Source: Gemmatimonadota bacterium (GTDB lineage: Bacteria > Latescibacterota > UBA2968 > UBA8231). Taken from it: a stretch of 46,584 bases of DNA. The stretch covers positions 55,680 to 102,263 of the forward strand of contig JAYOYH010000014.1 in assembly GCA_038153405.1 (NCBI GenBank). Direction: 5' to 3'. Position 1 is the first letter of the stretch, and each line of letters starts with the position of its first letter. Position numbers and translations under genes: made by a program. Positions 46,491 through 46,584 of the stretch are shown in pieces. The notes beneath the pieces were generated by a model. It did not search any database. It was not told the origin of the DNA and saw nothing but the letters and a program-made list of their open reading frames with translations.

Positions 46491-46584
46491 CTACTTTGCG
46501 CGCGCAGCGCGGCGCAGCGCAGCCGCCTTGTCGGTTTTTTCCCAGGTAAACTCGGGCAGCGCACGGCCAAAATGACCGTAGTTG
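46491..46584 (-). CDS. metK: S-adenosylmethionine synthetase, C-terminal fragment (gene continues beyond window)
   Basis: Own translation of the minus strand: [30 protein letters not shown], the MetK YGHFGR...WE.TD terminus; absent from the ORF track. Confidence 0.9.
   Translation of the reverse strand, partial: NYGHFGRALPEFTWEKTDKAAALRRAARAK

Noticed and set aside
1..46584. Frequent TAG stops as a sign of recoding or pyrrolysine; CRISPR arrays; IS elements; tRNAs
   Set aside because: TAG stops fall at normal family C-termini; no repeat-spacer array, transposase or cloverleaf was seen by eye

Overview
GC-rich bacterial chromosomal segment (roughly 60% GC by eye), densely coded and mostly on the minus strand. 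I found no rRNA, tRNA, CRISPR array, integrase or transposase. Gene content and a C-terminal TAVE...W..VK motif suggest a diderm of the Latescibacterota/WS3 or related FCB-type lineages (inference). Left part (1-9.8 kb): carbohydrate and amino-acid metabolism (partial glucokinase, type I PMI-like cupin, NAT_N/GNAT_C acyltransferase, SelA/DgaE-like PLP enzyme, enolase-superfamily protein, glyA, eukaryote-type xylulokinase, M19 dipeptidase). Centre (9.8-29 kb): one long minus-strand run containing a copper locus. In order of transcription it has a Cys-rich leader ORF, cusC-like TolC, cusB, cusA, a secreted CXXCH/temptin-like protein, then csoR with a clear operator and copA. A Tm-1-like/cupin/TIM-barrel trio lies between copA and copZ, followed by a TrmH-family methylase, an NAD epimerase and DNA polymerase II. 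Right part: hemH, a propeller-like protein, a small OMP, an esterase, a degenerate GH78-like protein divergent from a TMTC-like GT-C/TPR protein, degP, clpB, cbpA-like dnaJ, DUF5610, a FadL/DUF5723-like barrel with a repeat lipoprotein, and the 3' end of metK. Best leads: (1) the heme-motif temptin-like secreted protein inside the copper locus; (2) a non-RAPP Cys-rich leader ORF that may regulate the cus operon; (3) the Tm-1 module embedded in the CsoR unit; (4) a sigma-54/IHF/enhancer architecture driving cbpA-clpB. All family calls come from motif recognition by eye, not database searches.
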